DNA of 64,000 nt from a virus. Taxonomy: Duplodnaviria > Caudoviricetes. The position numbers and the translations under genes were made by a program. Position 1 is the stretch's first letter, and each line of letters begins with the position of its first letter. Positions 31,610 to 42,699 of this stretch are shown piece after piece. The notes under the pieces were generated by a model. That model saw only the letters and a program-made list of their open reading frames with translations, did no database searches and had not been told where the DNA came from. The stretch is from the IMG/VR virus record IMGVR_UViG_3300036976_000011, positions 26,408 to 90,407 of that record. One strand, 5' to 3'.

Positions 31610-34180
31610 CTATCTCATCCAAAATGGGCGGCGCTTGACTACGTGCCGTTCGCCCTGGGCCAGCGCCGCCTTGAGTCTCTTGTGCTGATCGGCTTCCCAG
31701 TTGCGGCGCTCTCTGACCGGCAACGGTTCGGTATAAATGAACTGTTCGCCAGTCAACGCCTCAAGCGCCAGTAGCGCTCGCTCAATATCATACCACTTTC
31801 GCACGCCTAAATAGCTATTTTGATGATACTGCGACCAGTGTAGTGTGCCTGGTATCGGCTGTACCGGTCCATCGAAATTATGCGGCGTCAGTTGCGCGGC
31901 GTTGCCCGCTTCATCAACTGCAAAAGCCTCGACCGTTCCGCCCACGTCTTTGCCATAGAATCCAGCAGTATTTGATCCCATCGTCGGATCGGCAGTGTTA
32001 TCACCGACCGTCAACACCTTGCCACTATTCGCCGTGGGTGCTGTCGTCGTGCCCAGGAGCAAATCACCGCCGCCGGTAATCCGTGCTTTCTCAGACCTAG
32101 ACGTTCCACCGCTGGCCGTGGTCTCAAACCGCATGTACGTTCCCTGCGCGCCAGCCGTGTAATTCTCCTCAGCGTATGAGCCGAAAAACGCCCGCGTGGC
32201 CGTCCAAGATGTTCCATCATGTCCCCGCCCGGCAAAGGCCAGAAGCAAACGGCCCGATGGCGTTGCGGACGGTGACGCTTCAGAGCCCGCTGCCGTGCGC
32301 CCAATGACTTGCACGTTGTTGCTACCATAGTGGTCCATCAACAGGACAGCTACACTACCGTCCTTGACGCCCTCAAACAAGAATGATGGAACCACATTGA
32401 CGCCGATACCACTAGCATCAATGTGGACCACATCCGACCCACCAACTTCAATATCTATTTGGTCATCAGTCGGCGCGCTGAGGGTCGTGTCGCCATCCGT
32501 ATCAAGGATGAGGCAATCAGCTATGCCATTAAGGTCTAGCGTTGCGGGTGAAGTCAGTAAAACATTGCCGCCATCTTGAATAGTTAAAATAGGCGCACCG
32601 TTGTCCAAGAATGTAGCTATAGCCGTACCTGCACCAGTAAGATTTGCCTGCAACCCTATTCCGGTATCAGAGTAAAATCTACCACCTATCGCCGCACCAT
32701 TGGCATAGCCAAGCACTGCTGCGTCAGTTGCCGTGGCGCTTAGGGTTTCGCCAGTAATGCAATGTGAGTTTTGCTGTGTCTGCGCGAAAATGCACGGGCT
32801 GCTATAGCTCGTAATAGAAAGTGCGACCTGGTTATTGCTTGTGTTTGATGAACCTACAAACATTGTTGGAACTGCGTCGCCACTTACCCACGGGACGTAC
32901 AGGCCTGCAGCACCAGATGGTGTGGCTCGTATTCCCGTTGCTCCATCGCTGCCCTGCACAAAAAGTGCATGCGTTAGCGTGTCACTCTCCACGCGAAAGT
33001 CAACATCCCGCCCGTCCTCGTTTACCACTAGGCCAGTGGAATCAGCACGCCACACCTCATCCGCGGCATTGACGCCACAGACGACGGGAGCAGCCGCCCC
33101 CAGCGTGCGTAGAACGAGGGCGCTGATATTTGTCCCCGTCTGCAAAATGCCGCTATCCTGAATCGCCAGTCCCGCTGTAGTGAATCCCGTCCCGGTCGTC
33201 GCCAGCGTTAAGGCGTGGTCTAGGCCTGCACCAGCCGTGTTTTTGAGATTCGCGGCCACGTAAGCGCTCGCGCCACCATCAGCATTGACGAGTTCTAGGC
33301 CACTAAAGCCTGCGTTTGTGTCGTTGCGTATGGCAAGCAGTTCGTTGCCGCCGCCGACCGTGCCGACATTGACGATCTGGTCGTCGAATAACCAATCAAC
33401 CCCTGTCCACTCCACACGGTTGTTTGCGCTAACAAACTGGCCAATAGCGTCAGCGCCATCTCCAAAGTTCAGTGGTTGGTCATCGCCTATTTCAAGCCCA
33501 GCATCAAAATTGTGCAGCCCTGACCAGTTGGGAGTTTGATCCCACGCCTGCGTCGTTCCATCCGTGACCAGCGCATAGCCCGCTGCCGCCCCGGTCGTGA
33601 GAATGCTCCACTCCGGCGTGGCGTCAGCGATGAGCATGTCGCCCTGTGCCATGGGAGCAATCGGCAATGTCGTAGCGGGATTGGCAGGTATATACCGCGT
33701 ACCATCTGCGCGCAGAATATATCCCGCTGTCACACCATCGGCGTGAATAACGCCCAGACCAGTATTGACGTAAAGATCAGCGTTGGCTATCTGCACCTGG
33801 TCCGTCGCAGGCGTGCTATCAAATGTCAGCCTGCCCGCCGCTGCGCCCAGCCCTATCCAGGCGTCATCAGCCATGCTCAGATTGGCCTGCCAGGCCGCCG
33901 TTGTGCCATTGCTCTCAAGGTGCGCATACTGTGCTCCGATATTCAGGAGTGTCAAGTTTGGGTTGCTGTCTGCTATCAAGAGGTCGCCCTCGGCTAGTGC
34001 AGCGTCAGCAGATAGCACCTGGGTCGCCGCCACAATATCTAGTACGTCCTCAAGCGTGGCGTCTATCGTCAGCGCGGGATGAGGTGCACCAATGCCCTGG
34101 TGCTCTGGCGGATCCATGAAATACACCTTGAGGCGTCTCACATCCGCTTCAAAACTGTCAATGCCCAATTTACGGCTCAT
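31610..34180 (-). CDS. tail fibre / receptor-binding protein
   Basis: G/A/T/D-rich beta-repeat composition, EKARITGGG motif, position at end of tail module. Confidence 0.75.
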   Translation of the reverse strand: MSRKLGIDSFEADVRRLKVYFMDPPEHQGIGAPHPALTIDATLEDVLDIVAATQVLSADAALAEGDLLIADSNPNLTLLNIGAQYAHLESNGTTAAWQANLSMADDAWIGLGAAAGRLTFDSTPATDQVQIANADLYVNTGLGVIHADGVTAGYILRADGTRYIPANPATTLPIAPMAQGDMLIADATPEWSILTTGAAAGYALVTDGTTQAWDQTPNWSGLHNFDAGLEIGDDQPLNFGDGADAIGQFVSANNRVEWTGVDWLFDDQIVNVGTVGGGNELLAIRNDTNAGFSGLELVNADGGASAYVAANLKNTAGAGLDHALTLATTGTGFTTAGLAIQDSGILQTGTNISALVLRTLGAAAPVVCGVNAADEVWRADSTGLVVNEDGRDVDFRVESDTLTHALFVQGSDGATGIRATPSGAAGLYVPWVSGDAVPTMFVGSSNTSNNQVALSITSYSSPCIFAQTQQNSHCITGETLSATATDAAVLGYANGAAIGGRFYSDTGIGLQANLTGAGTAIATFLDNGAPILTIQDGGNVLLTSPATLDLNGIADCLILDTDGDTTLSAPTDDQIDIEVGGSDVVHIDASGIGVNVVPSFLFEGVKDGSVAVLLMDHYGSNNVQVIGRTAAGSEASPSATPSGRLLLAFAGRGHDGTSWTATRAFFGSYAEENYTAGAQGTYMRFETTASGGTSRSEKARITGGGDLLLGTTTAPTANSGKVLTVGDNTADPTMGSNTAGFYGKDVGGTVEAFAVDEAGNAAQLTPHNFDGPVQPIPGTLHWSQYHQNSYLGVRKWYDIERALLALEALTGEQFIYTEPLPVRERRNWEADQHKRLKAALAQGERHVVKRRPFWMR

Positions 34181-35657
34181 GGCGGTCCCTCTCTCGAATC
34201 AGGCGCACGGTATTACTCGCCATGTCGTATTCCACCTCACGAATGAATTGCACATCTGGTCTATCCTGGTCGAGACCGCTCGCGCCCTGCCGCTCTGATC
34301 CAGAAAGGAACTGGATTAGCCCCGGCTTGACGTTATACGGTTCAATGGGTTCCATGTCCAGTCCAAGGATCTGGTTGCCCTTGCGGTACATTGATACCGT
34401 GGTAGGGCGTTTTTCGTAGACGAACTCACGCCAGTTGTACACGCCGCCTGTGTACGGTGTCGTGTCTCCATCTTCGCCAGCTTCTATGATTTGCTCGATA
34501 GCATCCCACAGCGTCGTTGGCACATCTATCACATCTAATTTGTGATTCGTGGCATTTGTGGCTATCTTGCCTGCTGAAATCCAACTCGTCTCCCCAAGCA
34601 AGTTCGTGATATGATTTGTGGCTGTGTCTGTTCCCTGCGTCGTTTTAGCATAAATCCACCGCAAGAGGTCCACGTAGCCATAAGCGGACACGGCGAGGTC
34701 AACGGGCTTATTCTCTGACTCCTCTGCGCTTGGGTCTATGACTATTGGGTCTTCCGTTCCCCGCGTACGCGGCCATTGGCGCTTCGCAAGCTGATTCTGC
34801 CCCAAGGCGCGAGCCGATTCGTCTGAGCGTCCATCCGTGCTAATGATGAGCTCTTTGGGTGTGAATTCTGTAACGCTACTGGCGTGTATGTACCAAGGCG
34901 TGCTGGCACGATTCGGTTTTTGTCGAAATGAGCCAGCATCAATATAAATTTCACCGCTGCCGGACGTTTCAAGTATCTTTACGTCTACAGAGGTCGCCGT
35001 GTTGCTCTCTGGTATTTGCAGCTTGAGCTCTTCCTCGCCGTCATTAGCTGATGCTCGCTGTGCCACCACGTCCGTCGTACCTGTGTCGTAGACGTACAAT
35101 ATCCATGTGCCAGAATCCACACGCACATCAAAGCGCACGTCATAGGCTATGCCTGCCGTGATAGAAACCGCTGCACCGTCTACAAAAGTGCCCTCGTCAG
35201 CGGCGTCAGTAACCACGTGCCAGCTTTGCGTACCGTGCCAATAGGGATCGGTACTAGCAGCGTGGGTCGTCGGCGTCCCCTCTGCTGTCCAGGTAGAGCT
35301 TTCTGCACTGCCGTCCGTGAATAGGTTTGGATAAATCTTGGAGTAAATTACCTTGACGCGATTGGCAAATGGTCCAACGCTACGCACCACCCTATCACCA
35401 TTGGAGTACGTGAGTATCATTTCCCCGATAAATCCCTGCCAGGTCGTGCGCCCAGCAACGCTCTCCACGACCTTTTTCATCAGTGCCGTGTGAAAAAAGT
35501 CTGACATTTGCCACGGCTCACCCGCAAAGAGTGAATCTCCAAACCAGTAACCACCTATGGCGCGAATGCTGCGCTTCCAGGTCTGGAAATGTGGCTTGAG
35601 ATTCATCACGTGGTCAGAGCCTTTGGTGATGTTCTGGTAAAGGTCGAGGGAGATCAT
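34170..35657 (-). CDS. tail/baseplate hub protein with inserted carbohydrate-binding-like domain
   Basis: Position; NLFTDGSAES..W..EG jelly-roll-like insert. Confidence 0.55.
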   Translation of the reverse strand: MISLDLYQNITKGSDHVMNLKPHFQTWKRSIRAIGGYWFGDSLFAGEPWQMSDFFHTALMKKVVESVAGRTTWQGFIGEMILTYSNGDRVVRSVGPFANRVKVIYSKIYPNLFTDGSAESSTWTAEGTPTTHAASTDPYWHGTQSWHVVTDAADEGTFVDGAAVSITAGIAYDVRFDVRVDSGTWILYVYDTGTTDVVAQRASANDGEEELKLQIPESNTATSVDVKILETSGSGEIYIDAGSFRQKPNRASTPWYIHASSVTEFTPKELIISTDGRSDESARALGQNQLAKRQWPRTRGTEDPIVIDPSAEESENKPVDLAVSAYGYVDLLRWIYAKTTQGTDTATNHITNLLGETSWISAGKIATNATNHKLDVIDVPTTLWDAIEQIIEAGEDGDTTPYTGGVYNWREFVYEKRPTTVSMYRKGNQILGLDMEPIEPYNVKPGLIQFLSGSERQGASGLDQDRPDVQFIREVEYDMASNTVRLIRERDRHEP

Positions 35658-37051
35658 GCGTTTATTCCATCCCCCATCATTTCTTCGTACCGCAGGTAGT
35701 ATGAAAATTGCACACGTCCATAGTCACCTGTATTTTGCACGGTGGAGCGTTGCGCAGCGTAGACAAGTGAACCATCCCCTACCGGTGGGTAAAAGCCAAG
35801 CGTGGGATCGGGCGCAATATGTGGCGAGTGCCCTACAGCCTGCTGATCCAGCTTGCAAATAAAGTCACCTTCAGGCGTGCAAAGTACCCAGGTGCGATAC
35901 GTCGTTCCTGCACTATAGTAGGCGTATCCGTCCTTGATATGACACGACCCCTCTGAAAGAGGAACAACGACGAATCGATCCATGTTGAGGTTGCCACTGC
36001 CCGTTATGCTTTCAGCTTCTATCGCCAGACTAAAATACTGCTCATCTTTCCAGTAAGATTCGCTATGTGTTTCGTGTCGCCCGGTTGGCGGTATCTGAAT
36101 CTCACCCACTGGATAGAATAAATAGTTCGTGTCTGCCACCTTGACATAATCGTGATTTTTCCATACTCCACTATCTGCAAAGCCACTCTTGAGATAGAGT
36201 CGGGCCTCTCTAGTACTCGTCGTCGCGGCACGCAAGAGCACGAGAAATCGTCCTCGGTGCTCATCCTCATCACCAGCCGTGATGTTCGTCACCTGGTTCA
36301 ATGCCAGCGTGAATCGCTCCTGCATAGACGTGTCAGCAAAGGTACAAACCATTACGCCGCCACTCGCGCTTGTATCTGTCACCCCTGTGCCATCTGCGCA
36401 GTCCCATACGGGAGCGAACTTGGAACGGTCTCCCAATCGGTCCGTCCGAAAACCAAGCCACCACTCCGTTAATGGTCCCTGTCCAGTATACGGGCTGGTG
36501 AGATTCATCGAGCGAATCCGTGCAGGGGCATCGCCGTGAATCGTGTACAGACTACCTGAGCTATAATCCCAGATGTCACCAGCGGACTCAAGATCGGACG
36601 AAGTCACTGTTCCAGCCGTAACGTACTCCCACAATGGCGTGCGCACTATCCCCACGCCCACGTCTTGGAGAAAGCTGCCGGGCGATGCAGGTGGACCATA
36701 CACGCTTGACCGCTGCTCCACTTTGCCATGTTTGACCATCGCCCGGTATTCGCGGGTTTCATTATCAAGTTGCCTGTGCCACCACACCAGGTTATCATCT
36801 ACGGGTTCACGTTGAGCATCACTGGACTGGCGCAAGATAATGCGCACAGCGCGCACCTTGCTCGCCATGTCATCTGTATCATCTCCAGTGACGAAACACG
36901 ATAGCGCCTCATTGACTTCTGGCGGGTAGGTTCCGTCCCGATTCCTTTCTACCGTGGCAGGGATATACCCACCGCGCTGAATATGAAATCCATCCGTGCC
37001 AGCCACGAGGCTAATCTCCGTTGAGTTGCGCTTGAGTTTATTTACTGCCAT
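35654..37051 (-). CDS. distal tail protein-like
   Basis: Position after TMP; beta-rich. Confidence 0.5.
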   Translation of the reverse strand: MAVNKLKRNSTEISLVAGTDGFHIQRGGYIPATVERNRDGTYPPEVNEALSCFVTGDDTDDMASKVRAVRIILRQSSDAQREPVDDNLVWWHRQLDNETREYRAMVKHGKVEQRSSVYGPPASPGSFLQDVGVGIVRTPLWEYVTAGTVTSSDLESAGDIWDYSSGSLYTIHGDAPARIRSMNLTSPYTGQGPLTEWWLGFRTDRLGDRSKFAPVWDCADGTGVTDTSASGGVMVCTFADTSMQERFTLALNQVTNITAGDEDEHRGRFLVLLRAATTSTREARLYLKSGFADSGVWKNHDYVKVADTNYLFYPVGEIQIPPTGRHETHSESYWKDEQYFSLAIEAESITGSGNLNMDRFVVVPLSEGSCHIKDGYAYYSAGTTYRTWVLCTPEGDFICKLDQQAVGHSPHIAPDPTLGFYPPVGDGSLVYAAQRSTVQNTGDYGRVQFSYYLRYEEMMGDGINA

Positions 37052-37494
37052 CCCCGCACGTGCTCCGTTTTCGCGCCTTGCTGACGCATCTCACGCCATG
37101 ACCGGCCTAGTGTTGCCTCATTCAAATCAGCATAGTCAAATACCGCATCCTTTACCTTTGCGCCAACCAGGACACACCCGCGCATATAGGCATTCGTGAA
37201 GTCTGCGCCAGTCAAATCAGCGCTGCGCAAGTTGCACTTATCCAAAATTGCACCTGTGAAACTCGCGCCCGACAAGTCGGCTCCAGCAAAGCTCGCGTGC
37301 CAGAATTTTGCCTGGCTCAGATTTGCGCCTGACAAGTCACGACCGCTCAGGTTTACACTATGAAACTGCGCCATGCGCAGGTCCAGGCCAGCGAGGTCTT
37401 GCGGCACATCGTCGTCCGAGTAAAATACGGCGCGTCGCCCACCGTCATCGTTGAGCCAGGCCGTGTGTTGCTTAATCTTGTCCGCTACGCTCAC
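37042..37494 (-). CDS. pentapeptide-repeat protein
   Basis: A(D/N)L(S/T)GA-type repeats; likely GTG start overlapping upstream TGA. Confidence 0.85.
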   Translation of the reverse strand: MSVADKIKQHTAWLNDDGGRRAVFYSDDDVPQDLAGLDLRMAQFHSVNLSGRDLSGANLSQAKFWHASFAGADLSGASFTGAILDKCNLRSADLTGADFTNAYMRGCVLVGAKVKDAVFDYADLNEATLGRSWREMRQQGAKTEHVRGWQ

Positions 37495-38441
37495 GTTGCC
37501 GTCCCCAACTTCGATGCGGTATACTCTACCCATTGCGCAATAACGTGCAACGGCCCAGTGCATTCGCCGCCGCCGCCAAGGTTGACGGCGCACTTGCAGA
37601 CTACCGTGTCACCTGCCGCGATAGGGTACGTGCCGTGATCATAGTCTATCGTGCCGGTCACGCGGTTCACGATGTCTATAGCTTCGGTTCCGCCTGTCAA
37701 GTTTAGCGTCGCGCTTACAGTCTGACCTGCATCACTCACAGTTTCACCGGTATCATACCCGCGCACCTGGCAAGTGAAACTTACGTCGTCGCCATCGTCC
37801 TCGGCTATCTCATTCGCTACCATGAATACCAGCGTCATGTCGCTAGCCTCATCCCAGTCGTTCGGAGCTTCAAACGAGATAAACCACTCCTCGCCATCGG
37901 CGTCCAGGTTGATACTTGGTGAACCCTTGAACTCCTCAGCGGTCGCTGTACCATGTGTCACATCTAGGTCAAGACGAACGGCGCGGGTAACTTTGGCCGT
38001 GCCCGCAAGCTGTATCTCACCATCGCTCTGAATCTCGACCTGGTTCGTACCGTCGCCAATGTTGACGCTCGTGTCAGCGCTGATAGTGAATTGTCCATCC
38101 GCGTTAGAATGAACAAAAATGTCCGTATCACGAAACTGAATTTTGTTGTCGGCGTCCATAGTCAAAATGGCCTCAAGCGTTGTCGCCAATTCGCTTTTGT
38201 CTATGAGCACACGTACCCAGTCGTCATCTGCGTCAGCGTCATCCACCTTCAGCCACAGTGGGCTTTGGTCATCCGTCGCGTCATCTTGTATGTACCAAGA
38301 CCCCTTTGCCGCGCTTTGTTGCGGGTCACTATCGCCATCTGGCGCACCAGATCCAACGAGTGTGGCTATGCTACTAGCTGTACCAGCCGTCTTGTTGATC
38401 TGTACCGGGATTGTAAGCGTTGCTTTTTCGTCAAGAGCCAT
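37491..38441 (-). CDS. virion structural protein (fibre/decoration-like)
   Basis: Directly after TMP; acidic beta-rich. Confidence 0.5.
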   Translation of the reverse strand: MALDEKATLTIPVQINKTAGTASSIATLVGSGAPDGDSDPQQSAAKGSWYIQDDATDDQSPLWLKVDDADADDDWVRVLIDKSELATTLEAILTMDADNKIQFRDTDIFVHSNADGQFTISADTSVNIGDGTNQVEIQSDGEIQLAGTAKVTRAVRLDLDVTHGTATAEEFKGSPSINLDADGEEWFISFEAPNDWDEASDMTLVFMVANEIAEDDGDDVSFTCQVRGYDTGETVSDAGQTVSATLNLTGGTEAIDIVNRVTGTIDYDHGTYPIAAGDTVVCKCAVNLGGGGECTGPLHVIAQWVEYTASKLGTAT

Positions 38442-38444
38442 TTT

Positions 38445-40826
38445 TTACCTTCCTTCAAATCGTGCTCGTCGTGCCATGCTCTGCTGATTTGCCAGCATCT
38501 TAGCAGCTAGCATGGACGGCACATGATATGTGTTGTTTGTTACATGATTCACAGGTGGGCCATAAGGACCAACGGACATGCCTTGTGGCACAGCTCGCTC
38601 GCCGGGGGCCATCCAGGCGAGTGTGTGAGGTCCACCAGGCGTGCCAGGGTGAATGCCTCCGTATTGATACCTGGGAATGCCTGAACTGGGGCTGCCTATG
38701 TCGCTCGGCATATTAACTTTGACGTTAATAACCCAATCTTGTGCCGTAAGACCAATTAGCTCGCCTTCAAGCTCTGAAACCTCGTCCGTCAATCCTGATA
38801 CGCTATCTTTGGTATCCGACGCAGCTACGCCTAGCCCGTCAACATTGCCCGTAGCATCTGGCACAATCTCCGCCGTCTTTTCTATCTTTTCATTAAAGCT
38901 GTCCAGCGCCTCTTTTGATGGTCCTATCAGCCCTGGTGCGGCAGCATATTTATCCAACAGTGCGCCAACGTTAAAGTCAGCATCGCCGGCCGCTTCAAAT
39001 AAAGCCGTTGTTGCCTCTGCCATGTTTTCAGTTGGCACAATGCCATCCATATACGCCTGGGCCAGTGTGGGAATACCCACAGCGAGATTCGCCGCCTTCT
39101 CATCTAGTACACCAAGCTCCTGCCCCAATGTGGCATAAGCCTCAATGCCAATTTCTGCCGGGTCAATAGCCGCAAACGTTTTCTGCTTTACCATCTCAAT
39201 AGTTGCGCCCGTCATTTGGGTCATTAGAGCACCCTGGGCACGGGCGGCTTCGTCGGCGGCGGCGGCTTGGGCTTGGAGGGCGGCGGCGCTGGCGGCGGCG
39301 CTGGCGGCCTGCATTTCACCAACACGCTGAGCCTTTTCTTCCATCGCGGCGGCTTGTTCTGCGCTTTGCTGAATTGAATGAGTCAGATTTTTCTGAGCTA
39401 TTTCCTGCTCATCCGTTACCAGAATGCCCGCTTGTTGTGATGCCGTGAGGTTCATTAGTGAGCGGTCGTAGCTCTCAGTCTCAGCAGTGACATTCGCTAG
39501 CTCAGTCGCGTTCATTTGCGCAGCTTCAAGCTGCTGTCTCGATAACTCTATGCGCTTCTGCTCCGCTGTGTAAGCCTGGTGGTTGGCCCAAGTATATTCG
39601 CCATATTGCTCCACGACAGCGGCCATTGTACCAAGAGCTTGCTTCTCATAGTCCTCTAAGCCAGCCGCACCAAGCTCCCACTGCTTTTGCCGCTTGTATT
39701 CGGCCTGCGTCATGGCGTCAATCTTGCTCTCTGATTTTGTGACACCAGAGTTGTATTGTTCTATCGCACTTGTATAATCTGCATAGGAGCTAGAGCCGCT
39801 AGCGATAGCCTCATTGAGTGACGTAACCGCCCGTCCCATGGAGTGCGTATATTCGCTACCCTTGCCCATGAGGTCAACGGCGATGCGCTCTGCCGCGCTC
39901 ATGTTGTCCCACTCAGTAGCGGCGTCGTCTAATTTGCCACCTAGCACGCCAAGCGCATCGGACATTGACATGCCGGAGTCAACCAAGGCGTTTAGCTGAT
40001 CGCCGTAACTGGTTGCAACCTGTTCATTTGTTGCAATGACCCGCTCCATCTCCTCAACGCCACTAGTCAATTCGGCAAATTTGTCAATGAGCGGCGAGAC
40101 GGCCGTCAACAGACTAGAGACAACGCCCATCAACGTGACCATCACCGGCGCGAGACCCTGACCGATCTCCACTTTTAGATCGGCCATCTGCGCTTCCATC
40201 TTCTCGAACGACATCAAGTTGTCGTCAACCCGTGGTCCGAGCTTGGTGAGTGCGTCACCGCCTTCTTCCATCACGGCTTGCATGAACGCGGCCTCTCGCG
40301 TCATGCCCTTGGTGGCTTCTTGAAGCTCCGCAATCCTGGTACGTACTCTACCGCTACTTATGCCAAAGTTATCAAGGCGGGGAATTGAGGTATTTGCGAG
40401 CATGAGGGAAAAGTCAGCCACACGGTCAGTGACGCCCTGTGTCTGGTCGCCCATCCGAGACGCCATTTCGACGACGCGCTCCATGCCAGCAGCGTCTTGT
40501 ACTAGGCCCATCTGCAAGAGCTTGGACGCCGACGCCATGCCTTCCATCTTGGACGCTGCGCCACCTGCACCTTTCTGGAAAGCCGCTAACACCTGTTCAG
40601 CACCGCCGGCCTCTTGCGAGAATGCAGCAAAGCGGCGCTCAACACGCTCGGCGGTCGCGCCCATTTTTGCCATGTCAGCCAACTGGTCAGCGGCGAAAGC
40701 AGCGCCTAGTGCCAGCCCCGCTGATTTGACCTTATCAGTCAAGCCATCTAGGCTGGCACTGGCGGACTTGGTCGCCTTGCCGCTCTTGTCTTTAGCTTCA
40801 ATGATATACTTTAGTACTGCTGCCAT
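38445..40826 (-). CDS. tape measure protein
   Basis: Ala/Gln-rich helical 793 aa following the chaperone pair. Confidence 0.9.
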   Translation of the reverse strand: MAAVLKYIIEAKDKSGKATKSASASLDGLTDKVKSAGLALGAAFAADQLADMAKMGATAERVERRFAAFSQEAGGAEQVLAAFQKGAGGAASKMEGMASASKLLQMGLVQDAAGMERVVEMASRMGDQTQGVTDRVADFSLMLANTSIPRLDNFGISSGRVRTRIAELQEATKGMTREAAFMQAVMEEGGDALTKLGPRVDDNLMSFEKMEAQMADLKVEIGQGLAPVMVTLMGVVSSLLTAVSPLIDKFAELTSGVEEMERVIATNEQVATSYGDQLNALVDSGMSMSDALGVLGGKLDDAATEWDNMSAAERIAVDLMGKGSEYTHSMGRAVTSLNEAIASGSSSYADYTSAIEQYNSGVTKSESKIDAMTQAEYKRQKQWELGAAGLEDYEKQALGTMAAVVEQYGEYTWANHQAYTAEQKRIELSRQQLEAAQMNATELANVTAETESYDRSLMNLTASQQAGILVTDEQEIAQKNLTHSIQQSAEQAAAMEEKAQRVGEMQAASAAASAAALQAQAAAADEAARAQGALMTQMTGATIEMVKQKTFAAIDPAEIGIEAYATLGQELGVLDEKAANLAVGIPTLAQAYMDGIVPTENMAEATTALFEAAGDADFNVGALLDKYAAAPGLIGPSKEALDSFNEKIEKTAEIVPDATGNVDGLGVAASDTKDSVSGLTDEVSELEGELIGLTAQDWVINVKVNMPSDIGSPSSGIPRYQYGGIHPGTPGGPHTLAWMAPGERAVPQGMSVGPYGPPVNHVTNNTYHVPSMLAAKMLANQQSMARRARFEGR

Positions 40827-40866
40827 TCTCTAATACCAGGGGCGGGCCAATGCCGCGCCCGCCCCA

Positions 40867-41519
40867 TCAGCGTCGGGGCGGGGAGTTGGAGCCCCGTTGC
40901 CTGCCTCGCCGTCGCTCCTCAGCCTCTTGTGCTATTTTCGCACGCTGTTCTCGCAGACTCACCACAAACAAAATCTCATCCAGGTCATCCGTGGGCACGT
41001 CGCCAACTGTCCACGGCGTCACCGCCGGATAGCCCAGGTATTGATTCACAATCAGTGCCAGGTGACGCTTGTATTCAAATTCTGTCGGGTATGTGCGTTT
41101 GTGACCGTCCAGGTACGCATCATACCCGCGCCTCAGTTTTTTCGGCGGTCCTTGAACTTCTGGCGCATGGCGTTGGCTTTGTCGGAAATCCAGTTCCAAA
41201 GCTCCACGTCAAGATCATAGATGCTTTGAGCCTCCTCTGGCGTACACCCCCAGAACTTTGCATTTAGCTCAAAAGTCGCAGGCAACAACTCGTTCATCGC
41301 CCCATCTTTCTTAGCAAACTCATCCCGTGTCGTAGCTTGCATCCCCATGACTTCAAAGACTCTACGGTTGTGGTCTACCATTTTGTCATTGAAATCACGC
41401 GACCAGTTAAGCCATATTTCAACGTGGCTGCCTTTGAGCTTTGGATCATAGCCATCCAGTTTCAGCGGTTCGCGTATCTCTGGATATGTATTGTCAGACA
41501 AAAACTTTAACTTAGACAT
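40867..41519 (-). CDS. tail assembly chaperone G / GT via -1 programmed frameshift
   Basis: G ORF 41133..41519 ends CGA AAA AAC TGA; slippery A AAA AAC at 41136-41142 joins -1 frame ORF ending at 40867 just before TMP. Confidence 0.85.
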
Positions 41520-41540
41520 TCTAACTCCCCTTTAACTAAT

Positions 41541-42512
41541 TTACGGCAAACTCGAAAGCGTGTTCGCCACCGCGATGTTGCAAAACAACGTGTCGCTACT
41601 CGAATAGCCAGCCCGAAACGTACCGGTAAGCGTTGAGTTGCCGTCCGTGTCCTCAATGGTCCCGAACGTCTCCCACAACCCGGCCATGCTAATCTTCATC
41701 TCGCGGCTGGACGTGCCGCTGGCTTTGATTTGAATGAGCCTGATGGTTTCAGCCAGCCAGTTGGCCTTTTCCCCTGCGCTGTCCCAGGACGAATCGTGCT
41801 CGGCGGTGATTTCCAGCACGATCTCTGGCGCACCTGCCAGCTTTGCCAGCGTGAAGTACAAATTACCGTCGCCGGTCTGCACGGCCTGCCAGCCCGTTGT
41901 CACTGAGAAACTAAAGGACCGGAACGAGTTGCTGACCTGCGTTGACCCGACCGTGCCGCCTGTGGCGTCAATGTACAACACGCAAGTGTTGAATAGCATT
42001 TCCTCGACCGCTGGTAGTGACAATGATGCAAAACTCTGCCCCTGCGTCACCTGCCGCCCGCGCAGAGTGGCCGATACCATCAGCGCCTCGTCCGGCGCAC
42101 CCGTGATCTCGAAAGACTCACAGAACACATACTCAGCATCTTCAGCATCTTCGGCGTCACCGTATTCTATCGTGTAAGTCTTGATAGTTGTCGCGGCGCT
42201 GGTTGCAAAGGTGTACGTGTACGTATAGGGCGCAGTCGTGCCGCTAGGCGTCACGGTCTGAATGCCCATTTCTAGGATGTGCGGTAGTTGCTCATAAGTA
42301 CACACGCCTTCTAGTGAGATCTCCGCGCCCTCGCTGGGCACGTAGGTACGCAATTGATTGGGATATTGTCCCACATCTTCTTCCGCAAAGACGATCTGGG
42401 TCATGTCCTGCATAGTCGCCTGACCGCGCCAGATAGTCGTGGCGGCTACCGCCGTGCCCGCTGCGGCCTCACGCCCAAGCTGGCATTTTCTAGTTCTACT
42501 GCTTATCGCCAT
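41541..42512 (-). CDS. major tail (tube) protein
   Basis: Position; YTIEYGD, FSFSVTTG, beta-rich. Confidence 0.75.
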   Translation of the reverse strand: MAISSRTRKCQLGREAAAGTAVAATTIWRGQATMQDMTQIVFAEEDVGQYPNQLRTYVPSEGAEISLEGVCTYEQLPHILEMGIQTVTPSGTTAPYTYTYTFATSAATTIKTYTIEYGDAEDAEDAEYVFCESFEITGAPDEALMVSATLRGRQVTQGQSFASLSLPAVEEMLFNTCVLYIDATGGTVGSTQVSNSFRSFSFSVTTGWQAVQTGDGNLYFTLAKLAGAPEIVLEITAEHDSSWDSAGEKANWLAETIRLIQIKASGTSSREMKISMAGLWETFGTIEDTDGNSTLTGTFRAGYSSSDTLFCNIAVANTLSSLP

Positions 42513-42699
42513 TTTTCACCTCGTATAGTCCGCTCGCCAGGAGCACTTTTTCGCCGCCATATTCGTCAACTTCATCAGCCTCCAGGTCGCGGCTTATTGG
42601 CGGCTTAGTTTCCCAAACCCAGGCAGAACCATCGCCCACGTAGCGAAGCGGTCTTTGCTGCTTCTTTTTGCTCATTCTAAAACTCCCATCTTTGCACAT
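42496..42699 (-). CDS. small hypothetical protein
   Basis: LRYVGDG...RDL motif, before tail tube gene. Confidence 0.5.
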   Translation of the reverse strand: MCKDGSFRMSKKKQQRPLRYVGDGSAWVWETKPPISRDLEADEVDEYGGEKVLLASGLYEVKNGDKQ

